Shown in pieces: positions 1 to 11,852 of a stretch of 64,000 nucleotides of DNA. The notes below the pieces were generated by a model. The model saw only the letters and a program-made list of their open reading frames with translations. It did no database searches and had not been told where the DNA came from. Both the position numbers and the translations under genes were made by a program. The stretch covers positions 68,014,001-68,078,000 of the forward strand of contig NC_043006.1 in assembly GCF_006345805.1 (NCBI RefSeq), in the 5' to 3' direction. Each line of letters opens with the position of its first letter. Position 1 is the first letter of the stretch. The DNA comes from Octopus sinensis. Its lineage: Eukaryota.

Positions 1-335
1 AGATGAAATCATTTCAGAAACAAAGAGTTTTAATTAGAACACAACTGTTTATATGTCCTTGGTTCCTCTAAGCTTACTATACCAATATCTAAGATAATCT
101 CTAAGCAAACATTAGTAATAGGTAAAATCTAGTTAAAAATATTTCACAAACATCTCTCATGATGTGGATAGTAACTAATATAAAGATCAGATTATAAAAA
201 CGAGTTCAGTGATTAAAATCTGGTAAAACCAATGGAAAAAATAATCTGTTTTTCCTTACGTATTTAGTTGGGAATGCAAAAAATGCAGATATTTTAGTGA
301 AGGTCAACTAAAAAGATCATGTTTTTTAGTTTCTT

Positions 336-565
336 ATTTCTTTACTGCCCACAAGAGGTTACACACAGAGGGGACAAACAAGGACAGACAAACGGATCAA
401 GTCGATTACATTGACCCCTGTGCATAACTGGTACTTATTTAATCGACCCCAAAAGGATGAAAGGCAAAGTCGACATCAGCAGAATTTGAACTCAGAACAT
501 AGTGGCAGACGAAATACCGCTAAGCATTTTGCCTGGCGTGCTAACGTTTCTGCCAGCTCGCCGTC
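336..565 (-). mobile_element. tRNA-derived SINE, family A (GAGCTGGCAGAA head, GACTTTGCCTTTCATCC...GGGGTCGAT core)
   Basis: Minus strand has a box A/box B-like head (TGGCAGAAACGTTAG; GAGTTCAAATTC), then a conserved core reminiscent of Meta-domain SINEs. More than 10 copies in the window. Confidence 0.85.
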
Positions 566-658
566 TTATGTTCTTTAGTTTCTAACAGTCAAGTACTCGG
601 ATTGATGGTATTGATTAAGACCCCCCACCTCAAAATTGCTGTGCCTAAATGAGAAACA

Positions 659-689
<31 letters not shown>

Positions 690-693
<4 letters not shown>

Positions 694-1218
694 TGAGTGA
701 AAGAGCAGCACATGTCATCAAAGTGACACTGGGATAAAATCTACGAAGCCCAGTATACCCATCATGACTACCCGTCTGATAAGGGTACCCCAAGCACATG
801 CATCACAACCATATGGGCATGACATGGTGATCTCATATCAAGATAAATAATGCATGACCTTGCAGGTGGGGCCTAGTTAGAATTCTCTTCAGGTCAAGTA
901 GTCCATCCCACTCAAAAGGTCCCTGAATAAGGGTTGTTTAACACCCATCTTTCCAGAGGAGAATTATTCAAATCCCAAAGAATTCCTCTCAACACATGGC
1001 TATGATGCTCCCCCTGTACTTCTGCTCATGATCAGAGATGTACTTATTGTTAACCAATAAGGGACATGCTCAACTGGTTATGGTCAAACAACTGACAAGC
1101 AAATCTATGGTATTGAGCAGAATGTTTGCTGTAGTTAATCTTTTATACCAAGACATAACAATGTGTGTGATAGCACTTCCAAAGATCAGAAACCATGAGA
1201 GCCACTGCATCAGGGCAT
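690..1218. mobile_element. Unclassified ~530 bp interspersed repeat bounded by (TTA)n and (TTC/TTA)n tracts
   Basis: Complex non-coding sequence between microsatellite tracts at 660-690 and 1219-1247. Resembles a repeat I recall from Octopus DNA. Single copy in the window. Confidence 0.4.
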
Positions 1219-1244
1219 TTCTTCTTCTTCCTCTTCTTCTTATT

Positions 1245-1440
1245 ATTCAGTAGTCTTATTGTTATCATGTGCTTTCACTACATTACTGAGTGCAACTCTG
1301 TGCACCTTGGATATGTGCTGTGGTTTGTTGTGGTGCTCTTATTTTCACTTTATGTAGGATGTGTGCGGTGCCTAGTAGTGCTATTTTCTGTGTGTTATAT
1401 ATACTTTTAGTTCTGATGTTTTTGTTATGTATATATATAC
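1245..1440 (-). mobile_element. 3' end (ORF terminus, 3' UTR and AAT/AAG tail) of an R4/Dong-type RLE non-LTR retrotransposon
   Basis: Minus strand reads YITKTSEL / YNTQKIALLGTAHILHK, matching the conserved RLE C-terminal QKxxLLGTAxILR motif, then a UTR ending ...ctactgaataataagaagaag. Confidence 0.8.
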
Positions 1441-2370
1441 AACATATTGAAGGTGGTAGAGACCTTATACAGCTAGAAAACTATTACAAAATAACCACCA
1501 TAGGACTACAGAAATACCTACTTCAGAAGCAAGGAAAACTAATACAAATAGACACAAAACACAAACAAAGCAAAAAACTGTTTTTTGTCTTTAAGGAAGC
1601 TGAAAAATACAAAAAAGAAGTCATAGAACCTAACAACTGTAAAGAAAAAGAAGAAATAACAAAAGCTGTACAAGAACTGAAATCCAAACTAAAACTGGAA
1701 CAGCAACGGATCATGATAAAACAATGGCAAGAAAAGCCCTTTCATGACAAATATTGGGTTAAACTAAACAGAAAAGAAATAGACAAAGCAAAATCCCAAC
1801 AATGGCTGAGAAGCTCAGGACTCAAAGCAGAGACTGTAGGATTTTTAATTGCAGCACAAGACCAAAGCCTCCCCTCCAGAAATTACCAAAAACATATAAT
1901 GAAAAGAAATATAACAAGTAACTGCAGAATATGTGGAAATGGACAAGAAACAATAAACCATATTGTCTCTGGCTGCCCAGTCCTGGCCAAGAAGGAATAT
2001 ATTCACAGACACGACAGAGTTGGGATCTATGAATACTGGAAGCTATGCCAACACTCTGGAATAACAACAAAAAAAAAAGATGGTATAGGCACATGCCAGA
2101 AAAGGTCATAGAAAATGAGAAAGTAACCATACTATGGGATATGCCAATACACACAGATAGAGAATTCAAGGCCAAAAGGCCAGATATATTTGTCAGAGAT
2201 CAAGAAAAAAATGCCTTCTAATCATTGTATCAATACCAACAGATGACAATGTTTCTCTAAAAGAAATGGAGAAACTTTCAAAATACAAAAATCTGGAAAT
2301 AGAGTAACTCGAATGTGGAGCCTAAAAACAGAAACAATTCCGATTATAGTAGGCACATAAGGTAAAATAA
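1441..2370 (+). mobile_element. R4/Dong-type non-LTR retrotransposon fragment (RT thumb, CCHC zinc knuckle, PD-(D/E)xK endonuclease), frameshifted
   Basis: EGGRDL...KSQQWLRSSGLKAETVGFLIAAQDQSL...CRICGNGQETINHIVSGC...RHDRV; after a frameshift WYRHMPEKVIENEKVTILWD...KRPDIFV...EKLSKYKNLEIE...WSLKTETIPIIVGT. Confidence 0.9.
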
Positions 2371-2452
2371 GTACCAGTGAAATACTGGGGTCAATGTTAT
2401 TGACCCCCCCCGCACCAATTTCAGGCATTGTGCCTATAGTAGAAAGGAATAT
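2364..2452 (+). mobile_element. 3' half of a family A SINE variant
   Basis: aaaataagtaccag...ggggtcaat...aatttcaggcattgtgcctatagtagaaaggaat, the same tail as copies at ~19075-19130 and 57650-57860. Confidence 0.75.
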
Positions 2453-3282
2453 AGCCAACTCTATTCCTTCTACCCCTTACTTGTGCTTCTGTTATTTCCT
2501 ATGGGAAGAAATAAATTCATTACCACAAGTCCTTAAAACGGCAGCCAATGCTCTCAGAACCAGCACTGGCAAATGCCACCACAAATGGTACCTAGTTACA
2601 TTGAGAAGAATTGAACTGCTCCATCCCCTATTACTTGTCCATTACTCTATTAACCCAGGGGAAGAAGAAGGTCATTCACTACATTACATTATACAAAAGA
2701 AATCTTGAAAACTATATCATTATATAGAATTTGATGGAGATAGGTCAGTGTCGTAAATAATTTTATGACTAAGGCAGTTTTAACAGTGGCACAATTTTAT
2801 ATTCTGTAATGTTAACTAAACTTAGCTTTATACAATTATTGATTTGTGTTTTTTTTTCAGTTTTATTGATTTAAATATCCTTGATATGGATGTGTGTTTG
2901 TGTGTGTGTAGAGTTCCATGTTGTTGTAGTTGCTTAGCTAAAAGCCAGTTCTTATCTTGCAAATTTTTAATCTAAGACATTTTAGCTGTGATTAACTTGC
3001 CTTTTATTTAGACATAGGGTATCTAGGACTACATTATCCAATGTATTCTTCCTTGTTGTTCTTGTTTATCCCCAGTCAAGCCCTAATCCAGCAGACTTAT
3101 GCTTAGAGATTCCAGCTGTGACCATTTCATCTTAATTCATAATGTATGTACCAACTGCTATTAAGAGAAAGCATATGAGGAATCAATAGAAAATGAAGAA
3201 TAACTAAATATGAAATTTGCAACAACAGAATAGTGTTATGATTAATAATAATAATGATAATAATAATAATAATAATAATAAT

Positions 3283-4285
3283 CCTTTCTACTGGAGGCAC
3301 AAGGCCTCAGATTTGTTGGGTAGAGATTAGTCGATTATATCGACTCCAGTGTTTCACTGGGTACTTAACCCTTTCGTTACCAACCTGGCCAAAACTGGCT
3401 CTGGCTCTGTAGTACAAATGTCTTGTTTTCATAAGTTTTGCATCAAAATATACCACCAAACCTTAGTCGCAATTTATATTCCTAATACTAGCTCAATGAT
3501 AACTAAGTTATTTTACTAAATTCTTTGTTATATTTAAAATAATTGAAAGAAACACAGAGCATATCAAAATATATACAGTAACGAAAGGGTTAATGGATGA
3601 AAGGCAAAGTTGACCTTGGTGGAATTTGAACTCAGAATGTAGTGACTGATGAAATACCACTAAGCATTTTGTCCAGCATGCTAACAATTCTGCTAGCTTG
3701 CCACTTAGTGAAGGTACACGGCCTCAAATCTGGTGGGAGGGGACTAGTCGATTACATTGACCCCCAGTGTTACTTATTTTATCGACCCTGAAAGGATAAG
3801 TTGGTCTCGGTGGAATTTAATAATGATAATAATAATAATAATAATAATTATTAATATTATAGGTACAAGGTTTGAAATTTTGAGTGCTTGACTGGTAATT
3901 GTTTTATTGTCCATGAAAGAATGAAAAGCTAAGTTGACCTCAGTGGCATTTGAAATCAGAATTTAAAGACCGAAGAAATGCTACGAAGTACTTGTTTGGT
4001 GTGCTATCAATTCTGCCACCTCACTGTCTTAACAACGTTGATGATGATGATAATGATGATAATAATGATTTCAAATTTTGGCACAAGGCCAGCACTTCCA
4101 GGGAGGTGTTAAGTTGATTGCCTCAACCCCAGTGTTCCACTGGTGCTTATTTTATTGATCCAGAAAGGATGAAAAGCAAAACTGACCGTAGCAGAATTTG
4201 AACCAAGAACATAAAGATGGACGAAATACAGCCAAGTATTTTGCCTGGCATGTTAGCAATTCTACCATCTCATTGCCTTAATAAT
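3283..4285 (-). mobile_element. Stack of four family A SINE copies or fragments separated by (AAT)n/(GAT)n tracts
   Basis: Repeated cassette cacaaggcc...tcgattacattgaccccagtg...ggatgaaaggcaaagttgacc...gaatttgaac...aattctgcc at about 3283-3705, 3720-3820, 3860-4030 and 4070-4285. Confidence 0.8.
3369..3589. mobile_element. piggyBac-like MITE, family P1
   Basis: TTAA|CCCTTTCGTTAC ... GTAACGAAAGGG|TTAA: perfect TIRs and TTAA TSD. Inserted inside a SINE. Related copies at 54631-54840 and 60207-60385. Confidence 0.9.
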
Positions 4286-4894
4286 AATAATAATAATAAT
4301 AATAATATTTATAGCTATTTCAGAGGGGAACTGAACATATTTCATACCCAACCTTTTTGTGCTTCTGTTCTCCCTCCCTGATATCACTTTATTTTGCACA
4401 TTCTCAGCATCATCCCTTACTATTTTATTTTTCACTGAATGCCCTTGTACACTCTTTCATTCTGATAATTACATCCTCCCACTGTTTTCTTTCACACCCT
4501 TATGTACCTCTGACCTCTTCCCTGGCACTGTGCATCTCTTGACTCAGCCCACACTCCACATTACTCCCCTAACCCAATGCTGTTTCCTTCACCTTCTCTC
4601 CTTCAAACTGATATTCACCATTAACCTCACTTCCATTCATGTTTACCAGTCACTCCATTCACCTCTATCTCCATCCTTATCCATCTGCCACTCTCCTTTC
4701 ACACTCTCATGATCTTACCTAGCCATTCACTCTGTCCAAAACTCTGAGACTATTATGGTCACCTACATGTAATTTGAGGGTGCACCCTGACACTTCTTTA
4801 CCATATTCTCTTCTTTCTTAACTAGGGCAGCCATGTGTCTCTTCTACAGTAAAGCACCTGTTTCTATCTCTCTATCGTACTGTCATCATCTGGC

Positions 4895-5305
4895 TTATGA
4901 TTAAGAAATACACTTTGTAACCACAAGGTTTTAGGTTCATTCTCACTGCACAGCACCTTGGGCAAGTGTCATGGGTAAGCCCTGGGTTAACCAATTGACC
5001 AATACCATGTGAAAGAATTTGGTTGATGGAAACTGTGTTGAAGCTTGTCATGTATATATATATGTCTATAGGTGTGTGTCTTTCAGTCTATGTTTGTCTC
5101 ACACACCACCACCACTGCTTAAAAACTGGTGTAAGTTTGTTTACATCCTTGTAGCTTATAGATTTGACAGAAGAGACCAATAGAATAAGTACCAGGTTGA
5201 AAAAAAAAACAAGTCTTGGGGGTTGATTTATTTGACTAAAAAGCCTTTCAGCATGGTGCTACAGCATGGTCGCATGGCCACTCCAGTGACTGAAACAAAA
5301 GAAAG
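4895..5305 (+). mobile_element. Diverged family B (CORE-like) SINE
   Basis: ggttcattctcactgcacagcaccttgggcaagtgtc ... agaataagtaccagg ... gtgctacagcatgg ... tgactgaaacaaaagaaaga. Confidence 0.7.
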
Positions 5306-6087
5306 ATGTGTCTACATATACATAGACACACACACTCATATATGTGTGCATGTCTTTCTCATTTTCTCTCTCTCTGTCTCTCTGACACAGGTTTTTTTTC
5401 TCACACACACTGTCCCTCTCCCACACATTCTCTCTCACACACTTTCTCTCACTCTCTCACATTCTACACTCACATCAGAAATATTACAGAGCAACCCGTG
5501 TTAGTATTTTGTGTGTACTTAACATATCCTGTTGTCCTGCCTATTGTGACCTGCATTCCTTTTCTCTTTTTCATCTCCTCTATTGAACTACATAACAACA
5601 TCTGTATACTTGTAAACCTAATACACATGAAGCATAAAACCACAACTTGAAATGTATTTTAATACACAGAAAAACCTGCTAAATTTTAACATCTCCAAGC
5701 ACAGAAATAAAGTGAAATGCTGGTATTTGAGAATATTCAATGGAGGGCAAAAAAAAAAAAAAAATTCAGATTGTTCTGCATTCAGATATACTTAATTTCT
5801 CTTTACATGTTTCTAGTTTATAGAAATTCCTAATTAAGTTCACTGGAGGTGGTCCATTTCTTTGAAACCGCATGAGTTATTTTAAGGATTGTATACTGCT
5901 CTATTTTAGTTGACTGACAATAGTTCATCTAATGAAAATCTTATTTTTATAGGCGGCTTTCCTATTTTGTAGATATTTTTCAAGACGTCTGCAATTTTTA
6001 CAATGTGTATTATTTCTATGAATATTTTATATTATGGGAAATGTTTGCATAATGATATTATTGTACTGACGTTTAGAGAAGATTCAC

Positions 6088-6120
<33 letters not shown>

Positions 6121-7829
6121 ATATAAACTTGTACTTTTAGTCTTTTAATTAACTTCACATTTAGGAAATTTTTTAGGGATAAGAATCACACCCAGTAGTT
6201 TATTCGTACTTTATTTTTTTTGTCTCTGGAAGAATGAAATGAAAAGTTGACCTTGATGGAATTTGAACTGAAGATGTAAAGGTCACTAACTGAATACCAC
6301 AAAGCATTCTAGTCGAAGCTTTACTGATTTTATCATTCCAAGAAATAATGATATATATATAAGACTGCCAGGCCATAGATAATAAGTTCAAGTTTATGGA
6401 AGGCAGTTTGTTATTTCTCTGTGTTTGTTCCACCTAATTGTCTGGAGAAAGGTCAGTAGGGCAGGTAACTCTTGGTTAGGGAACAACTCTCATCATAAAT
6501 GGTCATGTTCCTGTTCTTCTTTAACTCAGGTAAAGTAAATAAATGTTTATTTTCACATCACTCCTAGTTATCATTTTATGCCCACTTCCCATGCTGGTAA
6601 GGATTGGACAGGCCATCATAGTTTTAGTCAGTTCTTATTTGGAGCTATTGCTCTTTTTGATGGGTCAGAGCGCCACATGTTATTTGTTGGTCCCATGGTT
6701 TCTATGGCTGGATAGCCTTATTAATAACAACCCTGTTTAGAATGTACTTGTTACATTTTATCAAGATACCAATGCTAGAGAAGTTGTCTTGTCCCATGCA
6801 AGAAGAAATAGTCCTCTCTAGTTTACATAGACTCTCTTCTCTCTTGTTAAACATGACTAAGAGTGGAATAAAGAGAGAGTATGAATATGTGTATGTGACT
6901 GAAGAAACAGTGTGGTAGGAGTGAGAGTAATGGAAGAGAGACAGTGATAGACAACTACTTGTTGGTTGTTGGTAAGAAGAGTAAGAGAACAGCACGAGTT
7001 GCATGACAGGATAGCATCAGAGATAAGCAATAAAGATGGGCAAAATGAGAGTGGTAGATGTCAAGGGAAAGTCACATAGAGGAAAAAGAATGATGTCTAG
7101 TAGTAGAGGGTGATAGTGGTGGATACTGAATGTGGATGGATCAGGTACTGGCTCCCTTTACATAAATAGCATGGTACAAGAATAGATGGTGATAGATGAG
7201 AGGTTATTGAATTGAGCACATGATAGAAACTTTGCAGGAATATAATGGACTTAATATGTTATACTCCCAACCTCAATGACAACCACCATTATTTTGACAA
7301 CTGTTTTACTTGTCAAAGCCCTGATGTACCCCCACATATGTACTACACTCATTGTCGAACTCATTGCTGACTCTTATCCTAATGACTACAATATTCATCT
7401 ACCCATCATTTGGAAAATGGCATCAGTAGTTCTTCTTCCTAGCACAAAGCTGAACTGCATCTTATCTATATTAATTCTTTACTTAATCATTCAGCAATGA
7501 ATCTTTCCATAATTTTCATAATCTAGTTCAACAATTTGGAGCCTTTGTAGTTGTCCCTTTAGCCTATTTCCTTTGCTCTTTCTCTATTTAACAATGGGTT
7601 CTAATGCTATTCATTAGCTATGATACCTTCCTGTAGTGTCTGATTAACTATATCAGTGACTAACAAACATTCTTCTTTGCTAGATGTGACTATCCTTGAT
7701 GGACCAGCTGCTTCCTCTACTTTCATGTCCTTAATTGTACATGCTTCCATTCACTTCAATGAATGTATACTTCTATTAACTTCAGTGACCAATTCCTTTG
7801 TTGAGTCTACTTGGTAGAGATTCTTTTCA

Positions 7830-7928
7830 CCCATGTACTCTCCCTATTACCACTCCTTATTACCATGTACCCATGTACTCTCCCTATTACCACTCCTTAT
7901 TACCATGTACCCATGTACTCTCCCTATT
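7830..7928 (+). repeat. 40-bp tandem repeat x2.5
   Basis: Unit cccatgtactctccctattaccactccttattaccatgta starts at 7830 and 7870, with a partial third copy at 7910. Confidence 0.95.
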
Positions 7929-8159
7929 CAATCTCTTGTAATATTCTTCCATGCCTCTTTCTTTTTGGCATTAGTGAGGGCAAGCATGCAATTATCATTT
8001 ACAAACACTTCTCCCCAACAACAACAATTCTCACTAGTGCACTGTTTTGCAGTCAGAAACATTTCATTTCTTTGACCCTAACATTGCACAACATGTGCAA
8101 ACCTCTTGCTGTTTTTCTGTTTGCTAAGTGTACCTGATGCTTAGTTTCACATCTAGCTA

Positions 8160-8672
8160 TTGTAAATCCTCGAGTATAATCTGCATTTTTTTCCCCAAAA
8201 TTTAAAGGTCAAAATCCCTAGTGTGTATTATATATGAGGTTAAAAACGAAAAATATTTTCTAAGCAATGTCCGAGTCTCTATTTGCTGTCCGGCAATGTT
8301 TATTCAGACGCATTTTGTGATGTCAGGCCTGAAAATACCTTAAGCTAAGCCTGAAAGCAATGAAGTCATAAAAGAATCATCCATAACTTGCAGTAAGCAA
8401 CATTTATTAAACGTTATTACTGTTATTTCTTTATTTTCTGCAAACAAAATGCACAAAAAAGCTACATGTTTGCATTATGTCATATATACAATAATAATAA
8501 AGGACGTTACTGTATACAGTTTTACAAACCTAAGACGTTATCTAGACCTCTTTGAATCAAGTTAGAGAAGGGGTGCGTATTATGCACAAGGTTTAGGTTT
8601 TTTAGAGGTAGAGCCCCCTAAAAATCCTCTGCGTATTATACTCAAGGGCAGACTATACTCGAGGATTTACGG
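8160..8672. mobile_element. ~515 bp pogo/Tc1-mariner-type MITE, family M1
   Basis: TA|(cc>tt)GTAAATCCTCGAGTATA ... TATACTCGAGGATTTACGG|TA. Highly similar second copy at 56666-57185. Confidence 0.9.
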
Positions 8673-9650
8673 TACTTAATATTGTTCTTTACTGCCCCCT
8701 CGCTTCTAGTCTTTCCAAGACTATTTCATAGTTTTTAATGGCTCTATTCTACCAACATGTCATTTTCCTTGTAGTTGGAACCTTGTACTGTTCACATATC
8801 TGGTCTGCAGCTCCCCCAGAAGATTATATTGTCAGAACTGCCAGTTGGCCTCTATATTATAATTTTCCATCTCACCTTCCCTTTTCTTATATATCAGCTA
8901 GTACTTCTCTGAACATATGACAGGGAGCTGGCTTTTTAAGCTACTATATCTTCCTTTATCACACTGTCTTCAATTCAGATTTTTTTTCTCACCATAAACA
9001 ACTTCAAATGAAATAAGTGAAGGAAAGGCTTTCATTAGAGTAAATCTAAGGATGGAGGAGGGTTTATGATGTTAATCACTCAACTACTGAGTCTCTCTTT
9101 TTTTTCTCTTCAGTGTTTGCTCTATAATACAACAGTCCTTGACCATACTTATATGAGACACATTTCTTACCACACTGCTGCATGTAGGCTCAGAGTCAGT
9201 GGTGTTATATATAACCACATTCATTCAGCTGGTGTCTGTCTGTTCTTCCTCCTCCTCCTCGTACCCCTCCTCCTCCAATACTTTATCAATGAAACTGTTT
9301 TCAATGACATTTTCTTTCAAAATGTAGAAAATTATTTGTCAGACAATTATGCATACATACACAGATGCGTGCACACACACACACACACACATATGTGCAC
9401 ATACACTCTCTCTCTCCTCCTTCCCCTCTCCCTGCCATATTTCCCTTCCTCTCTTTCTCCATCTCCCCCACTCTCTCTTCTCACTCACAGATGCAGCCTT
9501 GCTTACACATTTGCATATATACATACATCCACATACACTCTCCTTTCTGCACATACCCATATGCATTCCAATATACACGCATACATGCGCGCACACACAC
9601 ACACACACATGCATATAAAGACATTCGTACACTCATACTCACACAAACAT

Positions 9651-9683
<33 letters not shown>

Positions 9684-10129
9684 CACTCCAACTCTGACCT
9701 TCAAGAGCAAATTGACACAATAAGGAAGCAATTGATTAGGATATATTCCTTCTTTTTCCATATAAGGTCAAATTTAACTGTAGACTTCATGAGTAGTAGG
9801 TCTGGTAGAAGAGATAGTAAATGGCAAGTTTCATAGAACAGACAGACATGTGTTCACTTCCCAGGCCATCTAATATTAAACTGACACTTAGTTTAGTAAA
9901 AATAATTTACAGTTTGGATTTGTCTATAAAATTTGGAGATTTTTAAAATTTTATTTCACACACACATTTCTGATATTTGTTTATATCTGTCTTGAATTAG
10001 TTATATCAAAACTTATATTCATACAAATTGACTTTATTTGTGTGTGTGGTGTGTGTGTGTGTGTATGTATAATGTTATAATTAAAACCACAAATCTTGTA
10101 TATATTTGTATGCATGTATGTATGTATGT

Positions 10130-10636
10130 CATCATCATCATCGTTTAACGTCTGCTTTCCATGCTAGCATGGGTTGAACGATTTTGACTGAGAGCTGGCG
10201 AACCAGATTGCTGCATCAGGCTCCAATCTTGATTTGGCAGCGTTTCTACAGCTGGATGCCCTTCCTAACGCCAACCATTCCGAGAGTGTAGTGGGTGCTT
10301 TTTACGTTCCACCGGCACAGGGGCCAGTCAGGCGGTACTAGCAACGACCTCACTTGAATCTTTTTACACATGCCACCAGCACAGGTGCCAGGAAGGCGAC
10401 GTTGGTAACGATCACGCTTGAATGGTGCCCGTTTACGTGCCACTGGCACGGAAGCCTGTTGGCTGCTCTGGCAACGATCATGCTTGGATGGTGCTCTTGG
10501 CACCCTACTAGCACAGGCACAAGTGCCAGTAAGGCGACACTGGTAGCGATCATACTCGAACGGTGCCTTTTAAGTGCCACTGGCACGGAAGCCGGTTAGC
10601 TGCTCTGTCACTGATCACGCTCGTATGGTGCTCTTT
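10130..10636 (-). mobile_element. 5'-truncated RTE LINE 3' UTR copy with VNTR and (GAT)n tail
   Basis: Minus strand: tandem ~60 bp units with GTGCCxGTGGCACGTAAAA, then cccactacactctcggaatggttggcgttaggaagggcatccagctgtagaaac ... gacgttaaacgatgatgatgatg. Confidence 0.85.
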
Positions 10637-11244
10637 AAATAAGGATAAGACCGTCATTTGAAATAACAATCATATCAAGTAGCAAGCATGGGAAGAAAGA
10701 CCTTATAGGTAATAATTATTATTAAAATTATGATTGAGGGTATCTAAGATGCCACCATGCGAGAGATGACAGTCAAAACCTGACTCCAAAAATCAAGTGT
10801 TCATACAGCACAAGGTGAAAAGACAAATAAAGTAGCAGATTACTGGATAATCCCAGACCCAAGGTTTCTGGCTCTGTATAAAAGATATACTTTGCCTCCT
10901 CAGTGAGATATACCAGAATACAGTATATAAATACAAATATATATGTACACAACATATGAATACTTACATATGCACACGAATACATACATACATACATATA
11001 TATATGTATGTATATACACGACCAGTTTGATTGTTCATCTAAACACCTGCTATATGGTCAAAATACCACCGCAGTGAATATAATGAAGTAAATATATTTA
11101 AATAAGGATATTTAAAATAACTGTGCTGTATGAATACTTGATGTGGTTTTGGAGTCAAGCTTTGACTGCCAGCTCTAGCATGGTGATATCTTAGATACCT
11201 TTAATTATAATTATTATATATATATATACATACACATACACACA

Positions 11245-11640
11245 CAGGGTGCAGTGAATAAACTGTTGTCTAAATTATGTAAAAATGAAAATAACACTGA
11301 CATCTCATTTTAACAGAAATATTTACCAAAATTACATAAAAATATCTTGAAATACTAAACAGTAAATTTATTCACTAAAATCGCCATTGGCTTCAACCAC
11401 AGCCCTAGATGACTTTGGAATCTCCTGCAACTCTTCTGGATGGTTTCCTTGTTTAAGTTGGTGAATGCTGCCATAATCCTTGTCTTCAGTTTATCTTTGG
11501 TGTTACAAGGAGTTTTTTTGGTCTCTTGCTCAACTGCACCCCACACATAGTAATCAGAGGGATTGCAGTGTGGAGAGCTAGGTGGTCAGATATTAGGGGG
11601 GATGTGGCTGCAGAAATTGTCTGACAGCCATTTTTTTGGA
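11245..11640 (-). mobile_element. Tc1/mariner-superfamily transposon 3' fragment (transposase C-terminus and terminal repeat)
   Basis: Minus strand WLSDNFCSHIPPNI*PPSSPHCNPSDYYVWGAVEQETKKTPCNTKDKLK, the WPPxSPDxNPxDYxVW motif of DD37D/maT-like transposases. End cagggtgcagtgaataaa. Confidence 0.8.
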
Positions 11641-11852
11641 TATGGAGTTACCCCCCAAATTTTTTATATATTTTCTCTCTCATTTCTTTGTGTTTGACCT
11701 GTGGTTGAATATAGAGAACATCTCTTAGAGTGGATTGTAGGTATTTGGCATCTACTGCTAGCATAGGAATTTGGTCACATCCAGTAGCCCTTAATTATAA
11801 TTATATTTTATAATTATATTTTTAAAAAATTATATATATATATATATATATT

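Noticed and set aside
1290-2111. 273-aa ORF as a host gene
   Set aside because: The N-terminal ~50 aa are the antisense of the inverted retrotransposon 3' end; the remainder is frameshifted R4/Dong ORF.
9066-9836. 256-aa ORF (likewise 48161-48703, 22688-23241 and 27141-27568)
   Set aside because: Open only because of CA/CT/TA microsatellites and pyrimidine tracts; no domain signal.
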